Below are positions 17,651 through 26,458 of a stretch of DNA of 35,544 nucleotides, one piece after another. The stretch lies in the NCBI GenBank assembly GCA_964549615.1, contig CAZJVP010000074.1, positions 1 through 35,544 of the forward strand. Direction: 5' to 3'. The notes beneath the pieces are model-generated. The model did not search any database and was not told where the DNA came from. It saw only the letters and a list, made by a program, of their open reading frames with translations. Each line of letters starts with the position of its first letter. Positions within the stretch are counted from its first letter, which is position 1. Source of the DNA: an uncultured Thermococci archaeon. Its GTDB lineage: Archaea > CAYQAE01 > CAYVLA01. The position numbers and the translations under genes were made by a program.

Positions 17651-18160
17651 CTATCTTATCCCCCTGATGAGATCATCCCTGCCCGCTATCTTGCGATCGA
17701 CTTCAGCCAGCAACGATTCAAGTTCCTCCAGCTTCTGTTTGGCCCTTGCCTGCGTGTCCAAGCTCGCCTCCAACTCGCCCACCTTGGCCTTGATCCTGTC
17801 AACATCCTCCAGAAGCGAGGCATCGAAGCTGTACAGTTTGTCGAGTTCATCCTCCCTTACCTTGACCATGTCGAAGAAACCGCCGTAGCCATAGCTGGCA
17901 AACCGAACCTTATCGGCCAACTTCTCCATGCGCCTCACCAGCCTGTCCGAGAACCCCACGGCGTCCATGAACAGTTTCTCCGTCATCCTTGAGTTCGCGG
18001 ACTCCAGGCTCGACTTTGCATCGCTCAGCCTCTTCGCGATGTAGGTCCTCTGAAGCTTGTCAGCCTCCCTTCTCAGCTCCTTTTCCTTGTAGCCGCCGTA
18101 GCCAGGTATCACCCTGGATATCTTCTCAAGGAGCCGCTCGTCTCCCCTTATTTCTTTCAA
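17651..18160 (-). CDS. Conserved alpha-helical hypothetical protein, first gene of the SPFH operon
   Basis: Motifs IPGYGGYKEKELRREADKL and ASYGYGGFFD.VKV.EDELDKLY.FD, predicted coiled. It abuts the SPFH start with no gap. TTG start. Confidence 0.75.
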   Translation of the reverse strand: MKEIRGDERLLEKISRVIPGYGGYKEKELRREADKLQRTYIAKRLSDAKSSLESANSRMTEKLFMDAVGFSDRLVRRMEKLADKVRFASYGYGGFFDMVKVREDELDKLYSFDASLLEDVDRIKAKVGELEASLDTQARAKQKLEELESLLAEVDRKIAGRDDLIRGIR

Positions 18161-18194
18161 AATTCATCCCGCCCTCGCGACTGTCTCGAACGGC

Positions 18195-18205
18195 CTAATA
18201 AATTG
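18195..18205 (-). promoter_or_regulatory. Candidate TATA box for the SPFH/Zn-ribbon operon
   Basis: The minus strand reads CAATTTATTAG about 35 nt upstream of TTG 18160, the same core as the box at 1851-1861. Confidence 0.45.
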
Positions 18206-18342
18206 CATCTGCAGAGCCGCAGAGCGGGGCTCGGTGCGGGGGCAGGAGAGGCCGTTCAAGCACTCGAAGCCGCGACACCGCGCAAGCAAGCTGGCCACAA
18301 GAACTTATGCGGAGAGGGGACATCGCCGTTGGCCATCCCCGC

Positions 18343-19590
18343 TCATCGCGTCAGCCCAACCTCCTTGTAGACAGCCCGTCTGACCATTAGGCTCCAAACC
18401 AAGAGGCCCGACAAGAGGAGTGTTGACAGAACGGTCAACCACTCGATGATGTAGATCCAGAGAAGCGCCCGCTCCTTCAGCTTCTCCGCCAGCCTCTCAA
18501 GGCGCAGCAGCTCGCCGATCGCCTTCTCCATCCCTTCTAGGGCTCCGGGGTAGTCACCGGCAAGGTAGAGTGAGTCGGACTCTTTCTTGATCGCGTCGGC
18601 CACGTGCAGCTCGTTCTCAACCCTGGCAACCCTCGCGCCGAACTTCTCAACGAACTCAAGGTAGGCCAGCAAAAGGGCCTTGCGAAGGGTCACCTCATGC
18701 CATCTTTCCCGAAGCCGGTGCACCGTGGGAAGGTCTGTGGGCAACGGGAAGCCGACGGCGTAGTAGACCGTGTTCAGGGAAGCGTCCTGGTAGTAGCGCC
18801 AGAGATGGAAGTCCGCGCAGAAGGCGCCCTGCATGTTCTGGACGCCGACGAACCTGCCCTTCCCGACGTCCCAATAGAAGTAGATCGGCGTCTCTTTCTC
18901 GTCATCGGAAACGATCAAGAGCTGGCACGCCATCCTGGGCGTTATGAAGTTCGGCGGGTAATATAGGGGGGCCTCCTCCCAAGGCACGCTCCGGGCAAGC
19001 TCGTTGTCGGGCTGAACGACCCTCAGCTTGACGAGGTAGTCCTTGGATAGCCTCCTGTCGTAGTAACACTGCACGGGCAGGATCTCGTCCAAGACGGTGT
19101 CGCCCCAGCTTGTGAAGGGCTGGTTGCCCCCGAACCCCTGCGAACCCCCGCCCATGATCATGCCCAGGCCCTCTTCACGAACCGCGTCGCGGAACCAGAC
19201 GAGGTTTTCCGGGGGAAATATGCGCGAGTCTATGTCCTCGAGTACTATGAGGTCAAAGCCCGCCACGAGGGAAGGGTAGGTCCTGGGCAGGTATATCCTG
19301 GCAAGCCGCCTTGCAACAGCGAGATCCGCCATCGTCTTCTCGTAGGTCAGGCACGGTAGGGACGCATGGACCTCGATCCTTGGATCCTCAAGCGCGAAGG
19401 CGTAGGACGATGTCGGCGCGCGGCCCCATATGACCCTGATCCTCTGCGTCTCCGGATCCAACTTCGTCTCCATCCCCGCAGCCGAGGGAAGGACGTGCAA
19501 TCCGAGGAGCACGAGCACGACGAGAACCGACCGGTATCTATAGACGGAAGGCAAGAGATCAGCCCTTCGCGAGCCCTGCTCGCCCGACAA
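18343..19590 (-). CDS. Surface-family paralog P2
   Basis: Signal peptide, then DPETQRIRV, RIYLPRT, FDLIVLED, EGLGMIMGGGSQGFGG, WGDT.L..ILPV, WDVGKGR and LKERALLWIYIIEW...MVRRAVYKEVGLTR. Confidence 0.8.
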   Translation of the reverse strand: MSGEQGSRRADLLPSVYRYRSVLVVLVLLGLHVLPSAAGMETKLDPETQRIRVIWGRAPTSSYAFALEDPRIEVHASLPCLTYEKTMADLAVARRLARIYLPRTYPSLVAGFDLIVLEDIDSRIFPPENLVWFRDAVREEGLGMIMGGGSQGFGGNQPFTSWGDTVLDEILPVQCYYDRRLSKDYLVKLRVVQPDNELARSVPWEEAPLYYPPNFITPRMACQLLIVSDDEKETPIYFYWDVGKGRFVGVQNMQGAFCADFHLWRYYQDASLNTVYYAVGFPLPTDLPTVHRLRERWHEVTLRKALLLAYLEFVEKFGARVARVENELHVADAIKKESDSLYLAGDYPGALEGMEKAIGELLRLERLAEKLKERALLWIYIIEWLTVLSTLLLSGLLVWSLMVRRAVYKEVGLTR

Positions 19591-19611
19591 GAGCAGTCGG
19601 AACGGAGGTGG

Positions 19612-19667
19612 AACTTAAAAATATTGGGCAGTGCCCTGAACCTTGGAATCCCACAGCCACTTAAATC
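19612..19667. promoter_or_regulatory. Divergent promoter region between P2 and the large hydrolase-like gene
   Basis: Minus-strand AATATTTTTAAG (plus ~19614-19625) is ~25 nt from TTG 19590. Plus-strand CTTAAAT (19660-19666) is ~25 nt from ATG 19691. Confidence 0.4.
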
Positions 19668-19690
19668 CACCCGCCCTTCCCGAAAAGACG

Positions 19691-22417
19691 ATGGGAATAC
19701 TTCTCGAGAACGACTACGTTCGCTACGTGATCGGTCGGGACGGCACCAACGTCGCCTTCATGGACAAGGCAACGGGCTCCGACCTCTGCACCAGGGGGCC
19801 TTTCGCGACCGTGATGCGGGCAGGCAAGGCGCTCACGTCCTCCTCCGCATCATATGAGAACGGGTGCCTGACCCTCGGTTTCCAAGCCCCAGATGTAAGG
19901 GTGATTCTTGCCGTCCGTGTGCACAGCCGCTACATTGCCTTGGAGGTGCTGGCCGCAGACGGCGAGGGGCTGGAAGAGCTCGCATTCCTGGACCTCGTCC
20001 TCAAGCCAAGCCCTCGTGAAGACTTCGGCGCCTGCGCTTTGGCCCTGAACCTCAAGACCAACGTGCCCGACCTCCCCGGCCCGAATACGAGGCTCCGGGC
20101 GTACTGCTACCGACGTTTCGGCATGACGGGGGCCAAGGCAGCGATAGTGGCCTGCCCCATAGAAGACATGCGGCAGGTGATGCAAGAGGTGGTTTTGGCG
20201 TCTGAGGATCTTCCCAAATCGCCTGTGGGCGGGCCATGGGCACTGGACTCCGAAAACAACCGCGGATCGTATCTGTTCAACTTCGGGGACCTTTCAGAGA
20301 AGAAGGTGGACGAGTGGATAAACCTTGCAAGAAGTCTCGGCATAACGCAGATAGACTTGCACGGAGGAAGCTCGTTCCGTTTCGGCGACTGCCATCCCAA
20401 TCCCGAGATCTACCCGCGCGGCCTCGCCAGCATGAAGGCAGTGACGGATAGGCTCCACGAGGCAGGCATACTCGCAGGCCTTCACACCTACGCGTTCTTC
20501 ATCGACAAACGGTGCCCATGGGTCACCCCCAAGCCTGATCCCCGCCTGGCGTCCGATGCCACATTCACGCTTGCAAGGCCCCTCTCCTGCGACGACACGG
20601 TGGTTGAGGTCCTAGAGTCCACCAAGGATATGTCGGCCACCACGGGCTTCTTCGTTCGAAACAGCGCGACGCTGAGGATCGAGGACGAGCTTGTCACATA
20701 CGCAGACGTCCGCAAGGGACCCACATACGCGTTCGTCGGGTGCAGGAGGGGCGCCCATGGAACACGTGCGGCCGCACACGAGATGGGCGCCAAGGTCCAC
20801 CACCTCAAGGAGTGCTTCGGCCTCTTCGTTCCAGACGCCGACTCAACCCTCTTCGACGAGGTTGCTGAGAAGACTGCCCATGCCTTCAACGAGGGAGGCT
20901 TCGACATGATGTATCTCGATGCCCTGGACGGGGAGGATGTTTTGGGCGGACCGGAGAACGGCTGGCACTACGGATCCAAGTTCGTCTTCGAAGTCTGCAA
21001 GAGGCTCCGCAGGCCGGCAATCATGGAGATGAGCACCTTCCACCACCATCTCTGGTACGTTCGCTCGCGGATAGGGGCATGGGATCATCCCAACCGGAGC
21101 CACAAGCGGTTCATAGACTTACACCTCAAGGCAAACGAGTCCTCCAAGCGGATGTTTTTGCCCGCGCACCTAGGCTGGTGGGCTTTCAAGACCTGGACCG
21201 GGCCGCAGTCGGATCCGACCTATCCGGATGACATCGAGTATCTCTGCTGCAAGTGCCTCGCAACGGACACCGGTTTGTCGATCATGGGAATCGACCCGGA
21301 GAAGGTCTCCACCACGCCAGCATTGACAAGGCTCGCAAAGATCGTGAGAACCTACGAGGAGTTGCGCAGGCAAGGATACTTCCCAGAGTCGATCAAGAAC
21401 AAGCTTCGTCTTCCGGGCAACGAGTTCACGCTGGGCCGCAACGCTTCGGGGACGTGGGAGTTTCGACCCGTCCAGTACACCAAGCACAAGGTCTGCATGC
21501 TTGCCGATTGGACGCGCGCATGGAGCGTAAGGAATGAGTTCGCCCGGCAGCCCGCCTGGCTGCGCATCGAAGCCCTGATGTCCGTGGAGCCCTACACGTC
21601 CCCAAGTGGGCTTGCGATCGCCTGCTCAGTGCAGGACTGGAGCCAGGCGAAGACCGCCGATCCCAGAATCCGGGCCTCGCTTGTGGAATCTTCAGAGACC
21701 ACCCCGGTCGGAACCGGATGCTTCCGTTACTCGGCCCTAAGCAGGATGTCGAGCAGGGTCGGCGCATGGACCGCAGTTGAGAGGGTTTTCCGGCCGCCCC
21801 TTGACTTGAGAGACCGCCAAGGGTTAGGGATCTGGGTCCACGGAGACGGGCAGGGAGAGATCCTCAACGTCCAGCTTAGAAACCCCGAGCACTTCATCCC
21901 AGCAGTGGGCGAACACTACATCGATATTGACTTCGTCGGCTGGCGATATTTCGAGCTCGTCGAGCCCGAGGGCGAGAGGTACGATGACTACAGCTGGCCG
22001 TACGGCTCACCATACACGGTCTATCGCGAGTCGGTTGACTACCGAGCCGTGGAGTCCCTCACCCTCTGGTACAACAACCTTCCGCCCGACGAAGAGGTGG
22101 CTTGCCTCATCGGCGAGCTGAGGGCGCTTCCGCTGGTCAAAGGACAGATCTTGGACCCGACGATCACGGTTGGCAAGAGAACCGTGACCTTCCCCGTTCG
22201 CATTGAGACGGGCTCCTACCTCGAGTTCAACCCGCCTTCCGACTGCCAGCTCTACGGCGCGAGGGGCGAGCAGCTCATGGAGGTCCGGCCACGTGGATCT
22301 GCCCCGGTACTGGGGCACGGATTGAACCGCGTTAGGTTCTCCTGCGGCCAGTCGCCCGACATCCCAGCAAGGGCTAGGGTCACCATCAGCACCCGGGGGC
22401 CGCCGCTGCGGCAGTGA
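19691..22417 (+). CDS. Large uncharacterised glycoside-hydrolase-like protein: TIM-barrel-like core, inserted beta domain, C-terminal carbohydrate-binding-like domain
   Basis: Barrel-type segments P.GLASMKAVTDRLHEAGILAGLHT and FDMMYLDALDG; CBM-like GIWVHGDGQGE...DIDFVGWRYFEL; no signal peptide. The track start is 19643, but ATG 19691 fits the TATA spacing. The function is inferred. Confidence 0.6.
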   Translation: MGILLENDYVRYVIGRDGTNVAFMDKATGSDLCTRGPFATVMRAGKALTSSSASYENGCLTLGFQAPDVRVILAVRVHSRYIALEVLAADGEGLEELAFLDLVLKPSPREDFGACALALNLKTNVPDLPGPNTRLRAYCYRRFGMTGAKAAIVACPIEDMRQVMQEVVLASEDLPKSPVGGPWALDSENNRGSYLFNFGDLSEKKVDEWINLARSLGITQIDLHGGSSFRFGDCHPNPEIYPRGLASMKAVTDRLHEAGILAGLHTYAFFIDKRCPWVTPKPDPRLASDATFTLARPLSCDDTVVEVLESTKDMSATTGFFVRNSATLRIEDELVTYADVRKGPTYAFVGCRRGAHGTRAAAHEMGAKVHHLKECFGLFVPDADSTLFDEVAEKTAHAFNEGGFDMMYLDALDGEDVLGGPENGWHYGSKFVFEVCKRLRRPAIMEMSTFHHHLWYVRSRIGAWDHPNRSHKRFIDLHLKANESSKRMFLPAHLGWWAFKTWTGPQSDPTYPDDIEYLCCKCLATDTGLSIMGIDPEKVSTTPALTRLAKIVRTYEELRRQGYFPESIKNKLRLPGNEFTLGRNASGTWEFRPVQYTKHKVCMLADWTRAWSVRNEFARQPAWLRIEALMSVEPYTSPSGLAIACSVQDWSQAKTADPRIRASLVESSETTPVGTGCFRYSALSRMSSRVGAWTAVERVFRPPLDLRDRQGLGIWVHGDGQGEILNVQLRNPEHFIPAVGEHYIDIDFVGWRYFELVEPEGERYDDYSWPYGSPYTVYRESVDYRAVESLTLWYNNLPPDEEVACLIGELRALPLVKGQILDPTITVGKRTVTFPVRIETGSYLEFNPPSDCQLYGARGEQLMEVRPRGSAPVLGHGLNRVRFSCGQSPDIPARARVTISTRGPPLRQ

Positions 22418-22641
22418 AACCGTAGCTGCCCAAAGCCCGACGTCTGGAAAGCAAGAGGTGGGGGCGCGCAGACCCATCATGCCATGGAATCGGACGGTTT
22501 CGGCACAGATAACTCGTGGTCGGGCGATATACGGCGGCTTAGCCGAGCGTGGCACAACGCCTCATCGGACGCGCGATCTCGGCAACGAGAGATATTTCAG
22601 ACATCCTCTTCAGCGGCTTGAGCTTTCAGGCGGTGGCACCC

Positions 22642-23169
22642 ATGAGCAGGATATCAGTGATGCCGGAGAGGTGCTCCGGATGCAGGATCTGCGAACTGGT
22701 CTGCACAGAGCAGCACTTCCATGTGAACAACCCCAAGAAGGCCGCGATCCGGGTCGTGGCCCTGTACCCCAATCCCGTGATCCGAACCCCGATCGTGTGC
22801 AGACAGTGCGATGACCCGGAATGCGCGAAGGCCTGCCCTTCGGATGCGATCAAGGTGGCCAAGGGGCTAGTCACGATCGACCCGGAGCTTTGCACGAACT
22901 GCCGCCAGTGCGTCGACGCGTGCCCGTACTCGGCGATCTTCACCCATGCCGATGTTCCGACGCCCATCAAGTGCGATCTCTGCTCGGGCTCTCCAAGATG
23001 CATTGAGGCCTGTCCCACGGCAGCCTTGGAACTCGTGGAGGAGCTGAAGGACCAACCCCGGATGGTGGGCAGAACCATCGAGTATCCAGGCTTCAAGGAG
23101 CTTCGAGTGCCAAGCGAAGGCTCAAGTGAGATGGTCATCAAGTACGTGCAGGGAGGCAGATCCCAGTGA
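22642..23169 (+). CDS. Multi-[4Fe-4S] electron-transfer subunit (DmsB/HycB-like) of the oxidoreductase
   Basis: CSGCRICELVC, CRQC..PECAKACP, CTNCRQCVDACP and KCDLC...PRCIEACP give 16 Cys for four clusters. Probable start ATG 22642. Confidence 0.92.
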   Translation: MSRISVMPERCSGCRICELVCTEQHFHVNNPKKAAIRVVALYPNPVIRTPIVCRQCDDPECAKACPSDAIKVAKGLVTIDPELCTNCRQCVDACPYSAIFTHADVPTPIKCDLCSGSPRCIEACPTAALELVEELKDQPRMVGRTIEYPGFKELRVPSEGSSEMVIKYVQGGRSQ

Positions 23170-25037
23170 AGCCAAAGGGCGGCTACTTCAAGAAGATCCT
23201 CAACGTCGACCTTTCCCGAGGCAAATCCAAGAGGGCGGACGTGTCAGACGATTTCGCGCTCAAGTACGTGGGAGGAAGAGGTTGGGGTGCAAGGATCACG
23301 TGGGACAACCTCCGCCCGGGCGTGGATCCCCTCTCGCCCGAGAATCTGATCACGATATGCCCCGGCCCGCTCAACGGACTCTTCGTCCCTGCATCGGGGA
23401 AGTGTTCCTTCAATTCGATCTCGCCCGCAACCGGGCTCTATGCTGACAGCAACATGGGCGGAAGCTTCGGAACTGAGCTAAGGATGGCAGGGGTGGATGC
23501 CCTCTGCATCAGAGGCAGAGCACCCAGGCTATCCTACCTCTGGATAGATGATGATCGGGTTGAGGTAAGGAATGCGGAGCAGCTCAGGGGGATCGGTGCC
23601 ACCGCGGCGGAGCGAATCCTCAAGGACGAACTCGGGGGCGAGGAAGTCCGCGTCGCGACCATCGGGCCTGCAGGCGAGAACGGAGTCGTCTTCGCCAGCA
23701 TCAACTCGGACTGGGGGCGCAACTCGGGAAGAACGGGGATGGGCGCAGTCCTAGGCTCGAAAAACCTGAAGGCGATCGCCGTGAGGGGGACGCACGACCT
23801 GCCGGTGTATGATATGGGATCCCTGATGGAGGTCAGCAAGAGAGCCTTCGACTATCTCATGCACCACCCCTCGATACGCATCTGGCAGCGCCAGGGGTTG
23901 ATGACCGTCGTCGAGTATGCAAACACGGTCGGCTTCCTGCCCACGAGGAACTTTCTGGATGCGCACTTCGACGGGGCGAGCAAGATGGGCGGGGACGTCA
24001 TGGAATCCAGCTACAAGATCGGGGATTCGGCCTGCTTCGCCTGCCCGATGTGCTGTAGCAACATCTGTCTGGTCAAGGACGGGCGCTGGAAGGGGTCGAC
24101 CTGCGAGGGGCCCGAGTACGAGACGGCTGCCATGTTCGGCCCAAACCTTGGCGTCGATGACTTCTCCTTCATAGTCAAGGCCAACGAGCTCTGCGATGCG
24201 CTTGGAATCGACACCATATCCACCGGCAATCTCATCGCGATGGTCATCGAGGCAAGGGAAAAGGGCCTGCTCAGCAAGGAGGACATGGGAGGCATGGACA
24301 TCCGCTGGGGGGACCAGGAGGGAATCGTCCGTCTCGCGGAGATGATTGCGCGGCGGCAGGGCATCGGGGCATACATGTCCATGGGCTCCAAGGGGATGCT
24401 TGCCAAATGGCCTGCCCTGCGAAGGATCGCGGTCCAGGTCAAGGGACTGGAGCAGTCTGCATACGATTCGCGCGCCAGCATGTGCATGGCACTTGCCTAC
24501 GGAACCTGCGACATCGGCGCCCATCATAACCGGGCATGGCCGATATCCAAGGAGCTGCAGATGGGCAAGGACTGGGGGATAAAGGAGAAGGTCGACCTGG
24601 TATCCTACCATCAGGCCGTTAGACCGCTTTTCGACATGCTCGGCGTCTGCAGGCTGCCATGGATCGAGCTTTCCATCGACGAGAACCTCTACGCAGAGAT
24701 GTACTCGGCCGTCGTTGGAATCCGCTTCACGCTCGAAGACCTGCTCAAGAAGTCCAAGGCCGTGTATGATCTTACAAGGGCCATATCCGTGAGGCTCGGG
24801 GTGCGAAGGGCCGATGACTATCCCCCGCCAAGGACGTTCAAGGACCCGATCCTCTCCGGGCCGTTTGCAGGGAAGGCCGCGGATCCCAAGGAGTACGAGA
24901 CGATCCTCAATACGTACTACGAGAGGCGCGGCTGGGATCCCAAGACCGGGATACCGAAGAGGGAAACCCTGATTAGGGACGGGTTGGCGGATGTAGCGGA
25001 GGAACTGCAGCGAGTGCTAGGAGCGGAACTTGCATGA
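23166..25037 (+). CDS. aor: Tungsten-dependent aldehyde:ferredoxin oxidoreductase family protein
   Basis: Motifs YVGGRG, SPATG, SNMGG, IGPAGE, GRTGMGAVLGSKNLKAI, CFACPMCC, GPEYET, CDALGIDTIS and YYERRGWD..GIP. GTGA overlap with the Fe-S gene. Confidence 0.93.
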   Translation: MKPKGGYFKKILNVDLSRGKSKRADVSDDFALKYVGGRGWGARITWDNLRPGVDPLSPENLITICPGPLNGLFVPASGKCSFNSISPATGLYADSNMGGSFGTELRMAGVDALCIRGRAPRLSYLWIDDDRVEVRNAEQLRGIGATAAERILKDELGGEEVRVATIGPAGENGVVFASINSDWGRNSGRTGMGAVLGSKNLKAIAVRGTHDLPVYDMGSLMEVSKRAFDYLMHHPSIRIWQRQGLMTVVEYANTVGFLPTRNFLDAHFDGASKMGGDVMESSYKIGDSACFACPMCCSNICLVKDGRWKGSTCEGPEYETAAMFGPNLGVDDFSFIVKANELCDALGIDTISTGNLIAMVIEAREKGLLSKEDMGGMDIRWGDQEGIVRLAEMIARRQGIGAYMSMGSKGMLAKWPALRRIAVQVKGLEQSAYDSRASMCMALAYGTCDIGAHHNRAWPISKELQMGKDWGIKEKVDLVSYHQAVRPLFDMLGVCRLPWIELSIDENLYAEMYSAVVGIRFTLEDLLKKSKAVYDLTRAISVRLGVRRADDYPPPRTFKDPILSGPFAGKAADPKEYETILNTYYERRGWDPKTGIPKRETLIRDGLADVAEELQRVLGAELA

Positions 25038-25831
25038 GAATCGGATTCGTGGGCGGAGGCAAGCTCGCTGAGGCGATGATCTCCGGGCTGCTGAAGGCTG
25101 GCATCTGCAAGCCGGACGAGATCACCGTCTCGGACATCGACGCGTCGCGAAGGAGGGTCCTTAAGCAGAAGTTTTCTGTCACGATCTCCCCGGACAACTC
25201 AAAAGCCGTGCTGGCCTCGGACGTCGTCGTCCTAGCAGTGAAGCCCAACGTCGTTCTTCCGGTCCTCAGGGGGCTGGACAAGGAAGTGGCCGGCAAGCTC
25301 GTCATCACGGTTGCGGCGGGGATCCCGATATCCCGGGTCGAATCGGGCCTGCCTGAGGGGACTCGCGTGGTCAGGGCAATGCCCAACATCAACTGCGCCG
25401 TCCGCGAGAGCTGCACTGCACTCTGCGCCGGAACCCATGCAGGCGAGGAGGACCTGAAGATGGCTGAGGCGATCTTCGGGTCGGTTGGGATGACTTTGAG
25501 GGTGGAAGAAACCAAGATGGACGCCGTTACGGCACTTAGCGGAAGCGGCCCTGCCTATGCCTTCGTCTTCATCGAAGCGCTTTCGGATGCGGGCGTCCTG
25601 CACGGGCTCCCGAGGGGCGACGCGACCCGCATGGCGGCCCAGACGCTTCTCGGGGCGGGAAAGATGGTGCTCGAGTCAGGCCTTCACCCGGCCGAGCTGA
25701 AGGATCGGGTCTGCTCGCCCGGTGGGACGACCATTGCCGGGATCAAGGCACTAGAGGAAGGCGGCTTCAGGGCCGCGATCATGAAGGCCGTGTCCGAGGC
25801 CCACCGGAGATCAAAGGAGCTTTCCGTCTAG
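25034..25831 (+). CDS. proC: Pyrroline-5-carboxylate reductase
   Basis: Motifs IGFVGGG, LAVKP, RAMPN, TALSGSGPAY and VCSPGGTTIAG. ATGA overlap with aor. Confidence 0.95.
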   Translation: MRIGFVGGGKLAEAMISGLLKAGICKPDEITVSDIDASRRRVLKQKFSVTISPDNSKAVLASDVVVLAVKPNVVLPVLRGLDKEVAGKLVITVAAGIPISRVESGLPEGTRVVRAMPNINCAVRESCTALCAGTHAGEEDLKMAEAIFGSVGMTLRVEETKMDAVTALSGSGPAYAFVFIEALSDAGVLHGLPRGDATRMAAQTLLGAGKMVLESGLHPAELKDRVCSPGGTTIAGIKALEEGGFRAAIMKAVSEAHRRSKELSV

Positions 25832-26334
25832 GCCAGCCTTGCAGACTCAAGCTCCAAGAGCTTCCTCTTCAGCCACACCTGTCCGCTGAAACCCCCCAGG
25901 CCGTGCTTTGCAACGACGCGGTGGCAGGGCACCAGGATGGGTATCGGATTCAAGGACATGGCGTGCCCGACGGCCCTCCATGCCCTGGAGGACAGGGACC
26001 TCGCGATGTCCGAGTAGGTTGCGGTCTCACCGTAGGGTATCTCCATCGCCCTCAGGAGCGCCGCCTGGTGGAACGAACCACGCAAGAGCCTTATGCGCTC
26101 CACCTGCTTGTCCCTGTGGGAGAAGGTGGTTCTGCGACCCTCTAGGTACTCCGTGATCTCTCTTGAAGCGGGGAGGACGTATCGACCATTCCAGTTCCTG
26201 ATGCGACCGGGAAGGAACTCCACGCGCTCCACCCAGCCATCCGGCCTGCCCCAGATCAACACCGTCGAGCGGATTGCCTCGCTTGGCACCCATTCACAGA
26301 TGACCTTCACGAAGCCCATCCCCTTCCCTGACAT
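25828..26334 (-). CDS. ogt: Methylated-DNA--protein-cysteine methyltransferase
   Basis: Motifs IPYGETATY, RAVGHAM..NP and the PCHRV active site. The start is uncertain (26388 in the track; 26334 chosen). Confidence 0.88.
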   Translation of the reverse strand: MSGKGMGFVKVICEWVPSEAIRSTVLIWGRPDGWVERVEFLPGRIRNWNGRYVLPASREITEYLEGRRTTFSHRDKQVERIRLLRGSFHQAALLRAMEIPYGETATYSDIARSLSSRAWRAVGHAMSLNPIPILVPCHRVVAKHGLGGFSGQVWLKRKLLELESARLA

Positions 26335-26458
26335 GGCCTCTTTTTTGGCCCCTGGGTTTGCGTGCTCCGGCCTCTTATGAATATCCAATTTTGCAATCAG
26401 GCAACTGGATGAGATGGGTGCCCTAGGCGCGAGGCCGGGAGTGAACTTTTTAGGTTAG

